Assembly (NCBI GenBank): GCA_963793265.1
Contig: CAWBZI010000001.1
Coordinates: 1,248,001-1,312,000 of the forward strand
Length of the DNA stretch: 64,000 bases
Direction of reading: 5' to 3'
From: an uncultured cyanobacterium
GTDB taxonomy: Bacteria > Cyanobacteriota > Cyanobacteriia > Phormidesmidales > Phormidesmidaceae
The position numbers and the translations under genes were made by a program. Below the pieces are notes generated by a model. That model saw only the letters and a program-made list of their open reading frames with translations, was not told the DNA's origin and did not search any database. Of this stretch, positions 20,882 through 31,599 are shown one piece after another. How positions within the stretch are numbered: position 1 is the first letter of the stretch; each line of letters begins with the position of its first letter.

Positions 20882-23800
20882 TCAATCAGTGCCTGTTGAG
20901 ACTAGCTCTTTTTGAACTTGTGACTTAATCGGTAGCTCAATAACGAACGTAGCGCCCTCGCCTACTACAGACTCACAGAACAGCCTGCCACCGTGCTTCT
21001 CAATAATTTGGTAGCTGATAGAAAGACCTAATCCCGTCCCTTTGCCAATGGGCTTCGTCGTAAAAAACGGGTCGAATAGCTTTTCTAATACGGGTTGAGG
21101 AATGCCGTTGCCATCGTCTTGAATAGATACGCTGACCCAATCATCGTTCATTCTTTGAGTTTTAATCTGAAGCGTTCTTACTGCGTCATCATCATTAGGT
21201 GCCGCAGACTGTAGCTCATCAATCGCATTGGTCAGCAAATTCATAAAGACCTGATTAATCTGACTAGCGTGACACTCCACTAACGGAAGCTCACCATACT
21301 TTTTGATAATCTCGATAGAAACTTTGTTTGATCCCGTTCTTAATCGATGCTGTAATATCAACAAAGTCCCTTCAATCCCCTCGTGCAGATCAACGGCTTT
21401 CACCTCAGATTCATCTAGCCGAGAGAAATTTCGGAGAGAGGAGATAATTGAGCGAATTCGTTGAGTCCCTGTAGACAAAGAGGTACAGAGCTTGGGCAAA
21501 TCTTCAGCGAGATAGTCAATTTCGGCCTCTTCTAGAAGCGTTTGAATATCATCGGGCGGCGATGGAAAGTGCTGCTGATACCCCTCTATTAGCTTTAAAA
21601 GGCTATTCGAGTACTCTTTGAGATGGCCAACGTTAGCGTGGATGAAGTTGATGGGGTTGTTAATTTCATGAGCAATCCCGGCGACTAGCTGACCTAAGCT
21701 AGACATTTTTTCTGTTTGTATGAGCTGAGTTTGAGTGGTTTTAAGATCGATTAGTGCCGTAGAAAGCTGGCTGTTCTTTTGTTTATCGCTAGCTGCTAAA
21801 GAGGCATGTTGCATCGCTACGCCTAGCTGTGCCGCAATCTGTTGAACGAAATCCACCTCCGAACTATCCCATTTACGAGGCTGCTTGTGCTGATATATGC
21901 CTAGCAGGCCCCACAGGTTTTGCTCTACGAAAATAGGAACCAGCACAAATGCCTTAACCTTAAACTGCTCATATATCTCTAAATGGCATTGAGAAAACTC
22001 GCACTCATAGACATCATTGACAACAGATATTTCACCATCACGGTATCGACCGCCCTGATTCTCTTGTAGGTAGGTATCGTCCCAAACGGTATTGATGCCG
22101 AATTTACCTACGTCAATACCTTCTACGGCAACGCTTTCAAACTCTGCTACAAACTCTCCACCCCAGTCTTCATTAAACCTGTAAACAGAGGCCCTATCTG
22201 CTCTTAAAACCTGAGTGAGTTCCTGAGTGGTCGTTTTGAAAATTTGGTTGATGTCTAAAGATTCGCGAATTTTAGCAACAATACTAGAGAGTGTTCTTTG
22301 CTGGTCAACAACTCTACACAGCTCTGTATTAGACGTTTTAAGCTCTCTTGCCTGCTTTTGAGTGTATGTCAGCAGCGTCGAGTGCTGTAGAGCAACTCCA
22401 AGCTGAGCGGCGATTTGACTCACAAAATCTACGTCGGCTAGTTTCCACTGCCTAACGGCTTGCTGTTGAAATACGGCTAATATTCCCCACAGCGCTTGGC
22501 CCACAAATATCGGAACGTTGATGAATGACTTAATTTTATATTGATTGTAGATATCAACATGACACTGGGCAAACCCCTGCTGCGTGACGTCATTGACAAC
22601 GAAACTTTCTCCATTGCGATAGCGACCGCCTTTGGTATCTTGCAGATAGGTATCGTTCCAAACGGTATTTTCGCCGAACTTACCAACCTCTGCCCATCTT
22701 GGACTTACGGCCTCAAAGCTTGAAACAAACTCACCGCCCCAGTCTTCGTTAAATTGATACACCGAGACTTTATCTGAGTCTAAGAGCTGGCCAAGCTCTT
22801 GGGTGGTAATGCGAAAGATCTCTTCGATATTAAGAGACTCGCGAATCTTCGCGACGATGCCAGAAAGGGCCTGCTGCTTTGAGACAGCGCTTTCTAGCTC
22901 TGCATTGGAAAGCTGTAGCTGCTGGGTCTTTTGCTGGAGCTGTTCAGTTCGTTCTGTTACCTGCTGTTCTAAATTAGCGTTGAGAGACTGTACTTGCTGG
23001 CGAAGCCTATACTGCTTGATCGCAGTTGAGAATCTCTCGCTCAGTGCCTTTGCATAGCTAAGGTCTTCTTCTGTCCAGGCTTGCGCGGTACCTGTTTTTT
23101 CTTCGCGCCATACTTCAAATGACTGTCTGGCCATGAGCTGGCGGCTGTCAGGATTGTGCCAACCGGCCCACATCATTTCGGTATTTATCTCCTCTCGAAA
23201 TACCGATAGGCAACCGACGATTTGACTGTCGTAGTAGAGCGGTACAATCAGCAGGCCGCGTGCGGATGTGGGCTCAAAGAAAGGGGCGATTGTTCTGAGC
23301 AAGGGTTCGCGGTAGATGTCGTTGATAGCCCATAGGTCGAAGTGTTCCTTCGTGCGGCTGCTTGAGCGTTTGTCTGGGAGCTTATAAACTGAGCGCATCC
23401 ACTCTACTGACCAGGGCTTGTAGCCGGTACTATCGGTGCTGGGTTCTACGACAGAGTGAACAAAGTTTTTCCACAGGTAGTTTTCTTCAACGGTTCGCTG
23501 CTGCTGGTTGATGGCGTTTGGCTGAGCGCCGTGGGTGTAGATTTCTTTGGGCAGTTCGCCCTCTCCTGTGAGATACAGCCGACCGCCGCTGCCGCTGAGC
23601 GTTTCGATCACTTCTTCGAGTGCTGCTTGTAGCTGTACGGTCGGGCTTACGTAGAGCAGCTTGGTGACGCGGTTGATGTTGGCCTCTTGCTGCGCCTGGG
23701 CTCGAACCCGGTTAAGTAGTACTGACTGGGCGATCGCAATCCCGACTTGATCGACAACCGCTTGAATAAACTGCAGCTCTGCTTCGGTGACCTCACGAGA

Positions 23801-24349
23801 CTCGCTATGATGACAAGCCAGCAATCCCCATAGCTGAGCCGATGCCTCAGGGGTCTTTTTTCCGGTAGACGTTTCTTCTAATACGATGGGCACTACCACT
23901 GAAGACTGTACGCCCATGGCAGTGAGATATTCTTTGTGGCACGGATCTAACGGGCGGTAGCGAATGTCTTTGTTTTCTTCAGGGTTGCCGGTTTGAGGGT
24001 TGTCTAGCGGGCTGATGCCGATTTGGGCGCTGTGGGTGTCTACAACTGAGCGCTGTCGTGCTTTTAAGAAAAGTTCGCGAGCATAGGGCGGAATGTCATC
24101 GGCAGGGAAGTTGAGATCTAAAAGTGAAGGTAGGCGATCGCTATCAATCGATTCGGCAATCACCAGACCGCTGCTGTCGGGGTTAAACTGATACACCTTG
24201 ACGCGATCAATCTTTAGATACGCTCGCACCTCTACAACCATCGCATCCAAAATCTCCTGTAGCTCTAGAGACTGACGGATACGGTTAGCAATGCGGTGTA
24301 AAAGACCTTCTTGGTTAACGATTGTGACGGTCGGCTGAGGCGTATTCAT
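20882..24349 (-). CDS. Knotless phytochrome (GAF-PHY) with two cyanobacteriochrome GAFs and a histidine kinase (AphC/All2699-like)
   Basis: DIP and PCH motifs in GAF1; two W.DTYLQ...CH GAFs; H-box AHEINNP; G-box FFTTKPIGKGTGLGL. Confidence 0.88.
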   Translation of the reverse strand: MNTPQPTVTIVNQEGLLHRIANRIRQSLELQEILDAMVVEVRAYLKIDRVKVYQFNPDSSGLVIAESIDSDRLPSLLDLNFPADDIPPYARELFLKARQRSVVDTHSAQIGISPLDNPQTGNPEENKDIRYRPLDPCHKEYLTAMGVQSSVVVPIVLEETSTGKKTPEASAQLWGLLACHHSESREVTEAELQFIQAVVDQVGIAIAQSVLLNRVRAQAQQEANINRVTKLLYVSPTVQLQAALEEVIETLSGSGGRLYLTGEGELPKEIYTHGAQPNAINQQQRTVEENYLWKNFVHSVVEPSTDSTGYKPWSVEWMRSVYKLPDKRSSSRTKEHFDLWAINDIYREPLLRTIAPFFEPTSARGLLIVPLYYDSQIVGCLSVFREEINTEMMWAGWHNPDSRQLMARQSFEVWREEKTGTAQAWTEEDLSYAKALSERFSTAIKQYRLRQQVQSLNANLEQQVTERTEQLQQKTQQLQLSNAELESAVSKQQALSGIVAKIRESLNIEEIFRITTQELGQLLDSDKVSVYQFNEDWGGEFVSSFEAVSPRWAEVGKFGENTVWNDTYLQDTKGGRYRNGESFVVNDVTQQGFAQCHVDIYNQYKIKSFINVPIFVGQALWGILAVFQQQAVRQWKLADVDFVSQIAAQLGVALQHSTLLTYTQKQARELKTSNTELCRVVDQQRTLSSIVAKIRESLDINQIFKTTTQELTQVLRADRASVYRFNEDWGGEFVAEFESVAVEGIDVGKFGINTVWDDTYLQENQGGRYRDGEISVVNDVYECEFSQCHLEIYEQFKVKAFVLVPIFVEQNLWGLLGIYQHKQPRKWDSSEVDFVQQIAAQLGVAMQHASLAASDKQKNSQLSTALIDLKTTQTQLIQTEKMSSLGQLVAGIAHEINNPINFIHANVGHLKEYSNSLLKLIEGYQQHFPSPPDDIQTLLEEAEIDYLAEDLPKLCTSLSTGTQRIRSIISSLRNFSRLDESEVKAVDLHEGIEGTLLILQHRLRTGSNKVSIEIIKKYGELPLVECHASQINQVFMNLLTNAIDELQSAAPNDDDAVRTLQIKTQRMNDDWVSVSIQDDGNGIPQPVLEKLFDPFFTTKPIGKGTGLGLSISYQIIEKHGGRLFCESVVGEGATFVIELPIKSQVQKELVSTGTD

Positions 24350-24428
24350 GGAGGAACCTAAGAGCATTGAAGTTGCGCACAACTTTTAGCTCAAATATTC
24401 CCGTTTCAGATGCGCTAATCAATCGAAG

Positions 24429-26225
24429 TCAGTCAATCGGAGACGATTCTGGAGGTGCAGCAGGCTCCCCGTCTGGGGCCACCCCTTCTAGCACAACTAG
24501 CGTATCCAACATCTTCTTCACCAGCGGCGCAGCGACCGTGCCCCCATAGGCATTTTCGCCCTGGGGCTCATCAACAACCGCAAGTACAACGTAGCGAGGG
24601 TCGCTTACGGGCGCGATACTCACGAAGCTAGTAATGCGCTGATCCCCATAGGTGCCGTATTCAGTTGCTTTTTGTGCGGTGCCCGTTTTCCCAGCAATTT
24701 GATAGCCGTCGATTTTAGCGGCTGAGCCGGTGCCGTCGTCTACCACTTCTTTCATCATTGAGAGAACTTTTTGGGTGGTTTCGGGCGAAAAAATCTGTTG
24801 CGGCGATTCCTGCTTCGGTGTCCAAGTCAGGTTGCCATCAGCATTGCTAAGGCCGCGTACTACGTGGGGTGTGACTAGCTTGCCACCGTTGGCTAAAGCC
24901 GCGTGGAGCTGGACGAGCTGTAAGGGTGTGAGCGAAAAGCCCTGGCCGAAGGAGGTGGTGGCAGCTTCAACTTCGCTACCGACGAACTGATCGCGGTCTT
25001 TAATTTGGCCGTTGGTTTCGCCAGGCAAATCGATGTTAGTGCGATCGCCAATGCCGAGCTTTTGCAGCCAGCTGTAGTAGTCAGCGCGGGGTACGTTTTG
25101 CATAATGCGTACCATGCCAACGTTGCTTGAATAGCGCAATACGTCGGTGATAGAAATAGGGCCGCGCGGGCCGTTAGTGCGGTAGTCAACGTTTTGAATG
25201 GGCCACTGGCCAACCTGGATGCGGCCTTCGTCGTTGATGATGTCGCCTGCGTTAGCGTTGCCGTTTTCTAGGGCGATCGCAACGTTAATCGGCTTAAAGG
25301 TCGATCCTGGCTCATACAGATCGCTTACCGCCCAGTTTTTAAAAGATTCAATATCAGCGTCGTAGTACTCGTTTGGATTGTAGGTAGGCGCAACGGCCAG
25401 GGTTAAAATTTCGCCCGTGCGGCTGTCCATGACAATCAGCGCGCCTCGTTTGGCCTTGTATTCTGCGACGGTGGCGGCGAGGCTTTCTTGAGCAATGCGC
25501 TGCAACCGGCTGTCGATGGTGAGCTGTAGCTGCTGATCGTCGCGCGTAATTTGCTGTATGGGCGTGGGCTCACCTGCGTCGGGATCGTCGTAGCGGAGGT
25601 GCGATCGCATCTCCAATTCCACCCCAGATTTAGGCTCACCTTCTAGATCAACGTAACCTGTGACCTGAGAAAATAGTTCGCCTTGCGGGTACACCCGGCG
25701 CGGGGAAGCCAACAGGTCTAAACCGTCTAATCTAAGGGCTCGCAAGCGTTTGGCGGTTTCTTCTGAAATGTCATCGTTAAGCTGAATGCCGCTTTCTTGC
25801 GCAGCAAACTTTGCCGTTAGCTGACGCGGATCTTGATCGAGAACGGTGCTTAAAGACTGCGCAACTGCCAGATTCGACTCTTTGAACAGCATGGGATGTA
25901 CATACAGCGTATACACCACCCGATCCATGGCCACCACGTTGCCCTGGCGATCGACCATTTGCCGTCTCGCACTTCGAGGCGTGGCTCGAATGGCCTGCTG
26001 ATCTTGGGCCATCACTTTTAGCTCATCGCCAATCACGAGCTGTAAGTAGGCCAGGCGTGCGCCTAGCCCCAGCATTCCAACTAGCAGCACGAGCCACACG
26101 CTAATCAGCCGCAGGCGCGGAGACTTTAGCCGAAAGTCTTCGATTTGCTTGGGCGTTGAGCGGGGGATCTGTCGCTTAAGTTTAGAGGGTTTACGGCGAC
26201 GCTTGGGCCGAGTAGAAACAGCCAT
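24429..26225 (-). CDS. ftsI: Class B penicillin-binding protein (FtsI/PBP3)
   Basis: Motifs EPGSTFK (SxxK), SSN and KTGT; single N-terminal TM. Confidence 0.9.
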   Translation of the reverse strand: MAVSTRPKRRRKPSKLKRQIPRSTPKQIEDFRLKSPRLRLISVWLVLLVGMLGLGARLAYLQLVIGDELKVMAQDQQAIRATPRSARRQMVDRQGNVVAMDRVVYTLYVHPMLFKESNLAVAQSLSTVLDQDPRQLTAKFAAQESGIQLNDDISEETAKRLRALRLDGLDLLASPRRVYPQGELFSQVTGYVDLEGEPKSGVELEMRSHLRYDDPDAGEPTPIQQITRDDQQLQLTIDSRLQRIAQESLAATVAEYKAKRGALIVMDSRTGEILTLAVAPTYNPNEYYDADIESFKNWAVSDLYEPGSTFKPINVAIALENGNANAGDIINDEGRIQVGQWPIQNVDYRTNGPRGPISITDVLRYSSNVGMVRIMQNVPRADYYSWLQKLGIGDRTNIDLPGETNGQIKDRDQFVGSEVEAATTSFGQGFSLTPLQLVQLHAALANGGKLVTPHVVRGLSNADGNLTWTPKQESPQQIFSPETTQKVLSMMKEVVDDGTGSAAKIDGYQIAGKTGTAQKATEYGTYGDQRITSFVSIAPVSDPRYVVLAVVDEPQGENAYGGTVAAPLVKKMLDTLVVLEGVAPDGEPAAPPESSPID

Positions 26226-26801
26226 CTAATACCCCATTGGCCCAGGCAGCTCAGGCTGAGACTCGGCTTCAACACCGGCTCCTTCTGGCCGAGATCTTAG
26301 CGGCGCTGGCTCTAGAAATAAAATATCGCCTGCCTCGTAGGGCTCTAGCCCCGAGTTCTCTTTAATGGCCTGCTCTGCCAGGCTTTGCTTAATCGATTCA
26401 TTGGCAGTCGTAAGCTGTTGAGACTCGCCCTGAAGCGAATCGAGCTGAACTAACGCATGGTTCGTAGACTTGTCTACATACACCGTTGAGCCATAAACGC
26501 CCAAGGCACCTGCCACTAATAGGCAGGCCACCACAGCCGAGCCCTGCTGCAAGCGATTGAGTAGCGTGAGCCCGAGCGGTAGCTTAGCTTTTTTAGAGAT
26601 AGATAGCGCGCTTTTGCTGACACGCACTGCCGGAGCGCCTAGCTGCAAAGGCTGGTTTGAAGCGTCTAACGGTACGACTTTGTGCGCGGCTGTGAGGATT
26701 CGAGCCGGGGGTAAGGTCGGTGGCTGAGGGACGCTGCTGTGGGAATTAGCGATCGCGCGAGCAGACTGCTCTAAAGGATCGATCTCGGTGGCAAAAACCA
26801 T
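26226..26801 (-). CDS. Bitopic coiled-coil protein upstream of ftsI (FtsL-like)
   Basis: TM followed by a leucine-rich coiled coil; abuts ftsI. Confidence 0.55.
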   Translation of the reverse strand: MVFATEIDPLEQSARAIANSHSSVPQPPTLPPARILTAAHKVVPLDASNQPLQLGAPAVRVSKSALSISKKAKLPLGLTLLNRLQQGSAVVACLLVAGALGVYGSTVYVDKSTNHALVQLDSLQGESQQLTTANESIKQSLAEQAIKENSGLEPYEAGDILFLEPAPLRSRPEGAGVEAESQPELPGPMGY

Positions 26802-27055
26802 GCGGTGGTATTGGGGTATGTATGGAAGAGGGTATATATACGTACGTTGCTACATCACTTGCGGCTACGGGGTTTTAGCACGATGCACACAAGGCCATAA
26901 CTAAATTACGCGCATACTACCTCGCTAGCGAAAGAAGAACAACCCTGAGGCTGTAATTTTCTTGAAGCCTCTATAAATTCCTCTGTAAGACTACTTGTCC
27001 GTAGAGTAGAACAATTACGGGGATCGCCGGGCCTTATACCCGACGTATTCGCACT

Positions 27056-27100
27056 AATAAAGGCGTCTGAGGGCAAAGTACCCGTTCAGACGCCTTTATT
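27056..27100 (-). terminator. ilvB terminator hairpin
   Basis: AATAAAGGCGTCTGA/TCAGACGCCTTTATT inverted repeat. Confidence 0.7.
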
Positions 27101-27178
27101 GGCTCAGAAAAATTACTCAAATTAGCTTCGCTTATGGCAAGGCTTGATGAAGCTGGCTTGATGATGGTTACAGGCTGC

Positions 27179-28999
27179 TTAAGTAGCTGGTCTGGGCTTG
27201 CCTTCACGCAGACCCACCATCTCAGCATTGCTCTTACCGGGTGGAATCATGGGATAGCAGTTCTCATCGCGGCGAACGCGCACGTCCATCAGCACGGGGC
27301 CTTCGTGGGCGAGCATGTCAGCGATCGCACCTGGCATTTCATCGGGATCGTTCACAACAATTCCCTTCACGCCAAACGCCTGAGCGAGCATGACAAAGTT
27401 GGGCATTCCAATCTCCATGTTGGAAGACGAATAGCGCTCCCCAAAGAAGGTTTGCTGCCACTGGCGCACCATGCCCTGCCAGCCATTGTTCAAAATCACG
27501 GTTTTCACAGCGATGCCGTACTGGGCCAAGGTCGCTAGCTCTTGCAGGCACATTTGAAAGCTGGCATCGCCACTGATGCATACCACCTGCTCGTCCGGCA
27601 ATGCGACTTTTGCGCCCATCGCTGCCGGGAGGCCAAAGCCCATCGTGCCAAGTCCAGCGCTCGAAATCCACTGACGCGGCCCGTTTTTAAGAAACTGTGC
27701 GGCCCACATTTGATGCTGGCCGACATCGGTAGTGTAGTAGGCTCTGGGGGCCTGGTTGGTGAGTTCAACGATGACGGACTGAGGAGAGATTTGGTCTTTG
27801 TAGACGGGGGCTACAAGGGGATAGTCTTCCTTCCATACGGCAATGCGATCTCGCCATGCCTGAGTAGATTGCGGATCGGGCGCGCCTTCCTTCTCTGTCT
27901 CTTTCTCTACCTGGGCCAAAAGCTGCTGTAGTACCGTCTTTACATCGCCTACGATAGGCACTTCAGGTACGCGCACCTTGCCGACTTCAGCCGGGTCAAT
28001 GTCAATGTGAATGACTTTGGCTCTAGCGGCGAATTTATCGAGCTTGCTGGTGACGCGATCGTCAAAGCGTGCGCCGATAGCTACGAGTAAATCACATTCA
28101 CTGACTGCGAAGTTAGCGTAGGCGGTGCCGTGCATTCCCAACATGCCAACGGCGAGAGGGTGGTGCTCGTCAAAAGCGCCTTTGCCCATGAGCGTTGTGG
28201 TGACAGGCGCGTGGAGTAGTTCGGCTAGGGCTTTGATTTCGGGGTGGGCACCAGAGGCGATCGCACCGCCACCGACATAGAGCAGCGGACACTTGGCGGC
28301 TTTGAGCAGGGCGATCGCATCCTCTATACTTTGCGTCGAGACGGCATCTACAGGCGCATAGCCCTTAATATTCACCTCGCCTGCTTCTACAGGCAGGTAG
28401 TCGATTTCTTCGAGGCCCACATCTTTAGGCACGTCGATAAGGACAGGGCCGGGTCTGCCGGTTTTAGCAATATAAAAGGCTTCAGCGACAATCTGCGCCA
28501 TCTGGTTTGGATCGCGCACAACATAGGAGTGCTTCACGATCGGCAGCGTGATGCCGTGAATATCTGTTTCCTGAAAGGCGTCTGTGCCAATAGCCGCGCG
28601 GGTGACCTGCCCGGTGACAATCACCATCGGGATTGAGTCCATTTGGGCGGTGGCAATGCCGGTCACTAAGTTGGTAGCACCTGGCCCTGATGTGGCAAAG
28701 CACACGCCGACTTCTCCGGTGGCGCGGGCGTAGCCATCGGCTGCGTGAGAGGCTCCTTGCTCGTGACGCACCAGAATATGGTTCACCAGCCCTTTTGCTT
28801 CAGCCTTATACAGTTCGTCGTAAATGGGCAGAATCGCCCCGCCAGGATAGCCAAAAATATGCTTAACACCCTGGCGCACCAGGCTATCAATTAACGCATA
28901 TGCGCCGCTGACTTGCTGTGTCTTCGTCGAGGTGTCCGGTGTAAAAGTAGCAACCATAGGAAATGCGGTGGGGAGAGTCGGGCCTATTAAAAAGGCCAT
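27179..28999 (-). CDS. ilvB: Acetolactate synthase large subunit
   Basis: Motifs [24 protein letters not shown] and the TPP motif GDASF...NN. Confidence 0.96.
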   Translation of the reverse strand: MAFLIGPTLPTAFPMVATFTPDTSTKTQQVSGAYALIDSLVRQGVKHIFGYPGGAILPIYDELYKAEAKGLVNHILVRHEQGASHAADGYARATGEVGVCFATSGPGATNLVTGIATAQMDSIPMVIVTGQVTRAAIGTDAFQETDIHGITLPIVKHSYVVRDPNQMAQIVAEAFYIAKTGRPGPVLIDVPKDVGLEEIDYLPVEAGEVNIKGYAPVDAVSTQSIEDAIALLKAAKCPLLYVGGGAIASGAHPEIKALAELLHAPVTTTLMGKGAFDEHHPLAVGMLGMHGTAYANFAVSECDLLVAIGARFDDRVTSKLDKFAARAKVIHIDIDPAEVGKVRVPEVPIVGDVKTVLQQLLAQVEKETEKEGAPDPQSTQAWRDRIAVWKEDYPLVAPVYKDQISPQSVIVELTNQAPRAYYTTDVGQHQMWAAQFLKNGPRQWISSAGLGTMGFGLPAAMGAKVALPDEQVVCISGDASFQMCLQELATLAQYGIAVKTVILNNGWQGMVRQWQQTFFGERYSSSNMEIGMPNFVMLAQAFGVKGIVVNDPDEMPGAIADMLAHEGPVLMDVRVRRDENCYPMIPPGKSNAEMVGLREGKPRPAT

Positions 29000-29130
29000 T
29001 TAATACATAAAAAGGGAGCGCAATTGAGCGATTGATGCTGGTTTAATATTGCCAGTGTAAATTGTAGCCAAACTTACAACACTATTTTTACTGAAGCTAA
29101 TGTCACGATACAAGCACTTTTAAACGGCTT

Positions 29131-29733
29131 TTAGCTAGCCTGCTTCCATGCAAGCTGTAGCTGCTGCTGTAAAAAAACACGAGCGGTCATTGCCATACCA
29201 GTCGCTTTGCCGCTTTGCCACTCGCTGACCTGCCATCCGACTACCTGCTCACTCTGCCCCCACATCGCGAGATGATCTACCGGCGGATCGGCATAAAAGT
29301 TTACTTTGCCAGATCCTAGCGGCAGCGAACTCCAATGGGTAAATTCGTCGTGACTCAGCCGACATACGGGCAGACCAACGAGCGGCATTCCCCAGCCGTC
29401 TATGGCGAAGAACCGGGCTACTTTCCCCCCTTGTTGCTGCCATAGACCGAGCGCGCCTGCCATGCCAACAACGCCTGCGCTGAAGCCGACTGCAACGAGA
29501 GGCTGTGCGTTTGCAGGCTCTCCTATTGTTTGAGTGAGCCAGCGATGGACGGCGATGAGATCGGCTGGAAATCCGGTGAATGTGTGGGGCTGCGTGAAGG
29601 AGGGGAGCGATCGCACCCACTGCTCAGTTAGCCTAGCGTCGTGAAAGCCAGGGCAAATGAATACGGGTAGTTTGCGCCCAAGTTCATGCAAATCGGTGCT
29701 GTTGAGTTCGGTTCTACCCATAGTCACAGGCAA
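29131..29733 (-). CDS. Conserved cyanobacterial alpha/beta-hydrolase-like protein
   Basis: Motifs ICPGFH, GFSAGVVG and IDGWG. Confidence 0.65.
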   Translation of the reverse strand: MPVTMGRTELNSTDLHELGRKLPVFICPGFHDARLTEQWVRSLPSFTQPHTFTGFPADLIAVHRWLTQTIGEPANAQPLVAVGFSAGVVGMAGALGLWQQQGGKVARFFAIDGWGMPLVGLPVCRLSHDEFTHWSSLPLGSGKVNFYADPPVDHLAMWGQSEQVVGWQVSEWQSGKATGMAMTARVFLQQQLQLAWKQAS

Positions 29734-29813
29734 AGGGTTGCCGGTAGTGTAAAGGAAGCATCGTTACTGACACTCTTAGCCTCGCAGTTGGCTGTAAAAC
29801 TCGCTGTAATTTT

Positions 29814-31397
29814 ATGGGCGTCTCGGATCAGCTTTTACCGACTATTAGCGCATTGGTGGCCCTGGGGGAATTTTCTCAGGGCGATCAGCTTGCCGATGCG
29901 ACTGATGTAAAAACAGTGAGCGATACGCTCTCGGACGAGGCAAAACAGCAGCGGGCTCAAAGAGAATGGCAGGGTGCGATCGCAGCGCTCGGTCAGCTCC
30001 TGACTCAGCAGGTGAGAACCTCAGTTGCTCAAAGAGCATCTAAATCCCAAAAGCATTTCAAGAGATCGGCGCGCAGTAAATTTCCAGAGGCGCTAGTTAT
30101 AGTTGGGCCTGTTCCTTTTTTGAACGAGCCCGCAGTGTCTGCAAAAATCTTTGATCAACTCTCTACCTGGACAATCGTACCGCAATCTTCAGAGCACCTG
30201 GGATCTGCATTTAGTGCGCTTTCTCCGGTGGGCCGATTGTTTCAAAAAAAGTTTAAGCAGCCTTCTTTTCATAATCGCCTACTGCCGCTTTTAGAAGACG
30301 ATCCGCTCGCTCAAGAGCAGTTTGCTTTGGTACTAACGCCTGAGTTCTCGCTGGTGCTGGTGCTGGGCAAAGATGCTGATGATGAGCTGCGCTTTCAGTT
30401 TTCGTTTATGCCGCAGGTGGTGATGTCGGTATGGCGGCTGTTGCGATCGCGCATTCGTCTCACGCGCCCGCAGCAGCTAGAGTTTATCGAGCCGCTGGTT
30501 GAAAAGTTTGCACCCAAAGATCCTCACTATCGAACGGTGAGTCAGTTCAACCGCTGGATGATTGCCTGTCTGCCGCAGTTAGAGGCGCAAGTCGGATCTC
30601 AGCTATCAGCTCAAGGGTCGGCTCAGGCTGTTGTGAGGGCTGAGGATAATCAATCGGCGGCTAAGGCAAATGACTTTTCTGATAGTGAATTGCTCAAAGC
30701 GATGGCGCATGAGATTCGGACGCCGCTGACCACGATTCGGACTTATACGCGATCGCTCCTCAACCGAAAAGACTTAGACGCTAAAGTGATCAAACGTCTA
30801 CAAAGTATTGATCGCGAATGTACGCAACAGATTGACCGCTTTAGCCTAATTTTTAGGGCGGTAGAGCTAGAGGCTGCCAGTCAATCGCCTAAGTCTCCTT
30901 TGAGTGCGATCGCCCTTCACCAAGTCTTCCAAGAAGCCATTCCCCAGTGGCAACAGGCCGCCCTGCGCCGAAATCTCTCTTTAGAAGTCGGCCTGCCCCC
31001 CGAGCTGCCCATGGTCGCCAGCGATCCCACCATGCTCCAACACGTGCTCACGGGATTAGTAGAACTCTTTACCCACAGCGTTTCGCCGGGTAGCCACATT
31101 CAGCTTCACGTCGTAAATGCAGGCGAACAGCTCAAGCTACAGTTCCAGTCGCAAATTGATTCTGATAATTCAAACGCAGCGCCGCCTTGCTCTCCGCCGC
31201 CTTTGCAATCGCTGGGTCATCTGTTGATGTTCCAACCGGACACGGGCGGACTCAGCCTGAACTTAGAGGCCACTAAGAACCTTTTTCACGCGCTAGGCGC
31301 AAAGCTCACCGTCCGCGAACGCTCCAATCAGGGCACCACTTGGACGGTCTTTTTGCCACTAGAAGCGAGCGGCCTTAAATCCTATCCGATTGTTTGA
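29814..31397 (+). CDS. hik2: Sensor histidine kinase Hik2 (chloroplast sensor kinase homolog)
   Basis: AHEIRTPLTTIRT, IDRECTQQIDRF and the degenerate ATPase motif LMFQPDTGGLSLNL; start uncertain. Confidence 0.85.
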   Translation: MGVSDQLLPTISALVALGEFSQGDQLADATDVKTVSDTLSDEAKQQRAQREWQGAIAALGQLLTQQVRTSVAQRASKSQKHFKRSARSKFPEALVIVGPVPFLNEPAVSAKIFDQLSTWTIVPQSSEHLGSAFSALSPVGRLFQKKFKQPSFHNRLLPLLEDDPLAQEQFALVLTPEFSLVLVLGKDADDELRFQFSFMPQVVMSVWRLLRSRIRLTRPQQLEFIEPLVEKFAPKDPHYRTVSQFNRWMIACLPQLEAQVGSQLSAQGSAQAVVRAEDNQSAAKANDFSDSELLKAMAHEIRTPLTTIRTYTRSLLNRKDLDAKVIKRLQSIDRECTQQIDRFSLIFRAVELEAASQSPKSPLSAIALHQVFQEAIPQWQQAALRRNLSLEVGLPPELPMVASDPTMLQHVLTGLVELFTHSVSPGSHIQLHVVNAGEQLKLQFQSQIDSDNSNAAPPCSPPPLQSLGHLLMFQPDTGGLSLNLEATKNLFHALGAKLTVRERSNQGTTWTVFLPLEASGLKSYPIV

Positions 31398-31435
31398 ATA
31401 AGAGGTTGGGTCGCTGGTATCGGATTTATTGCACT

Positions 31436-31459
31436 AGATGTAAAGCCTTACGTCCCTAC
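31436..31459 (-). repeat. GTAG-type REP-like palindrome
   Basis: Minus strand reads GTAGGGACGT-AAGGCTTT-ACATCT. Confidence 0.55.
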
Positions 31460-31497
31460 CTGTGGTTACTGTGCGGTACCGTCTATAGTTTAAACCC

Positions 31498-31536
31498 AAA
31501 GATGCCCTCATCTCGCTAAACAAGATGAGGGCATTT
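31498..31536. terminator. Terminator between convergent hik2 and psbD
   Basis: ATGCCCTCATCT/AGATGAGGGCAT hairpin. Confidence 0.7.
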
Positions 31537-31557
31537 AAGGAATTTTGAATGAATCCC

Positions 31558-31586
31558 GTAGGGGCATAGCAATGCTATGCCCCTAC
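31558..31586. repeat. Perfect REP-like palindrome
   Basis: GTAGGGGCATAGCA-A-TGCTATGCCCCTAC, the same unit found inside the MITE at 5865-6026. Confidence 0.75.
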
Positions 31587-31599
31587 CGTCAGGCACGAT

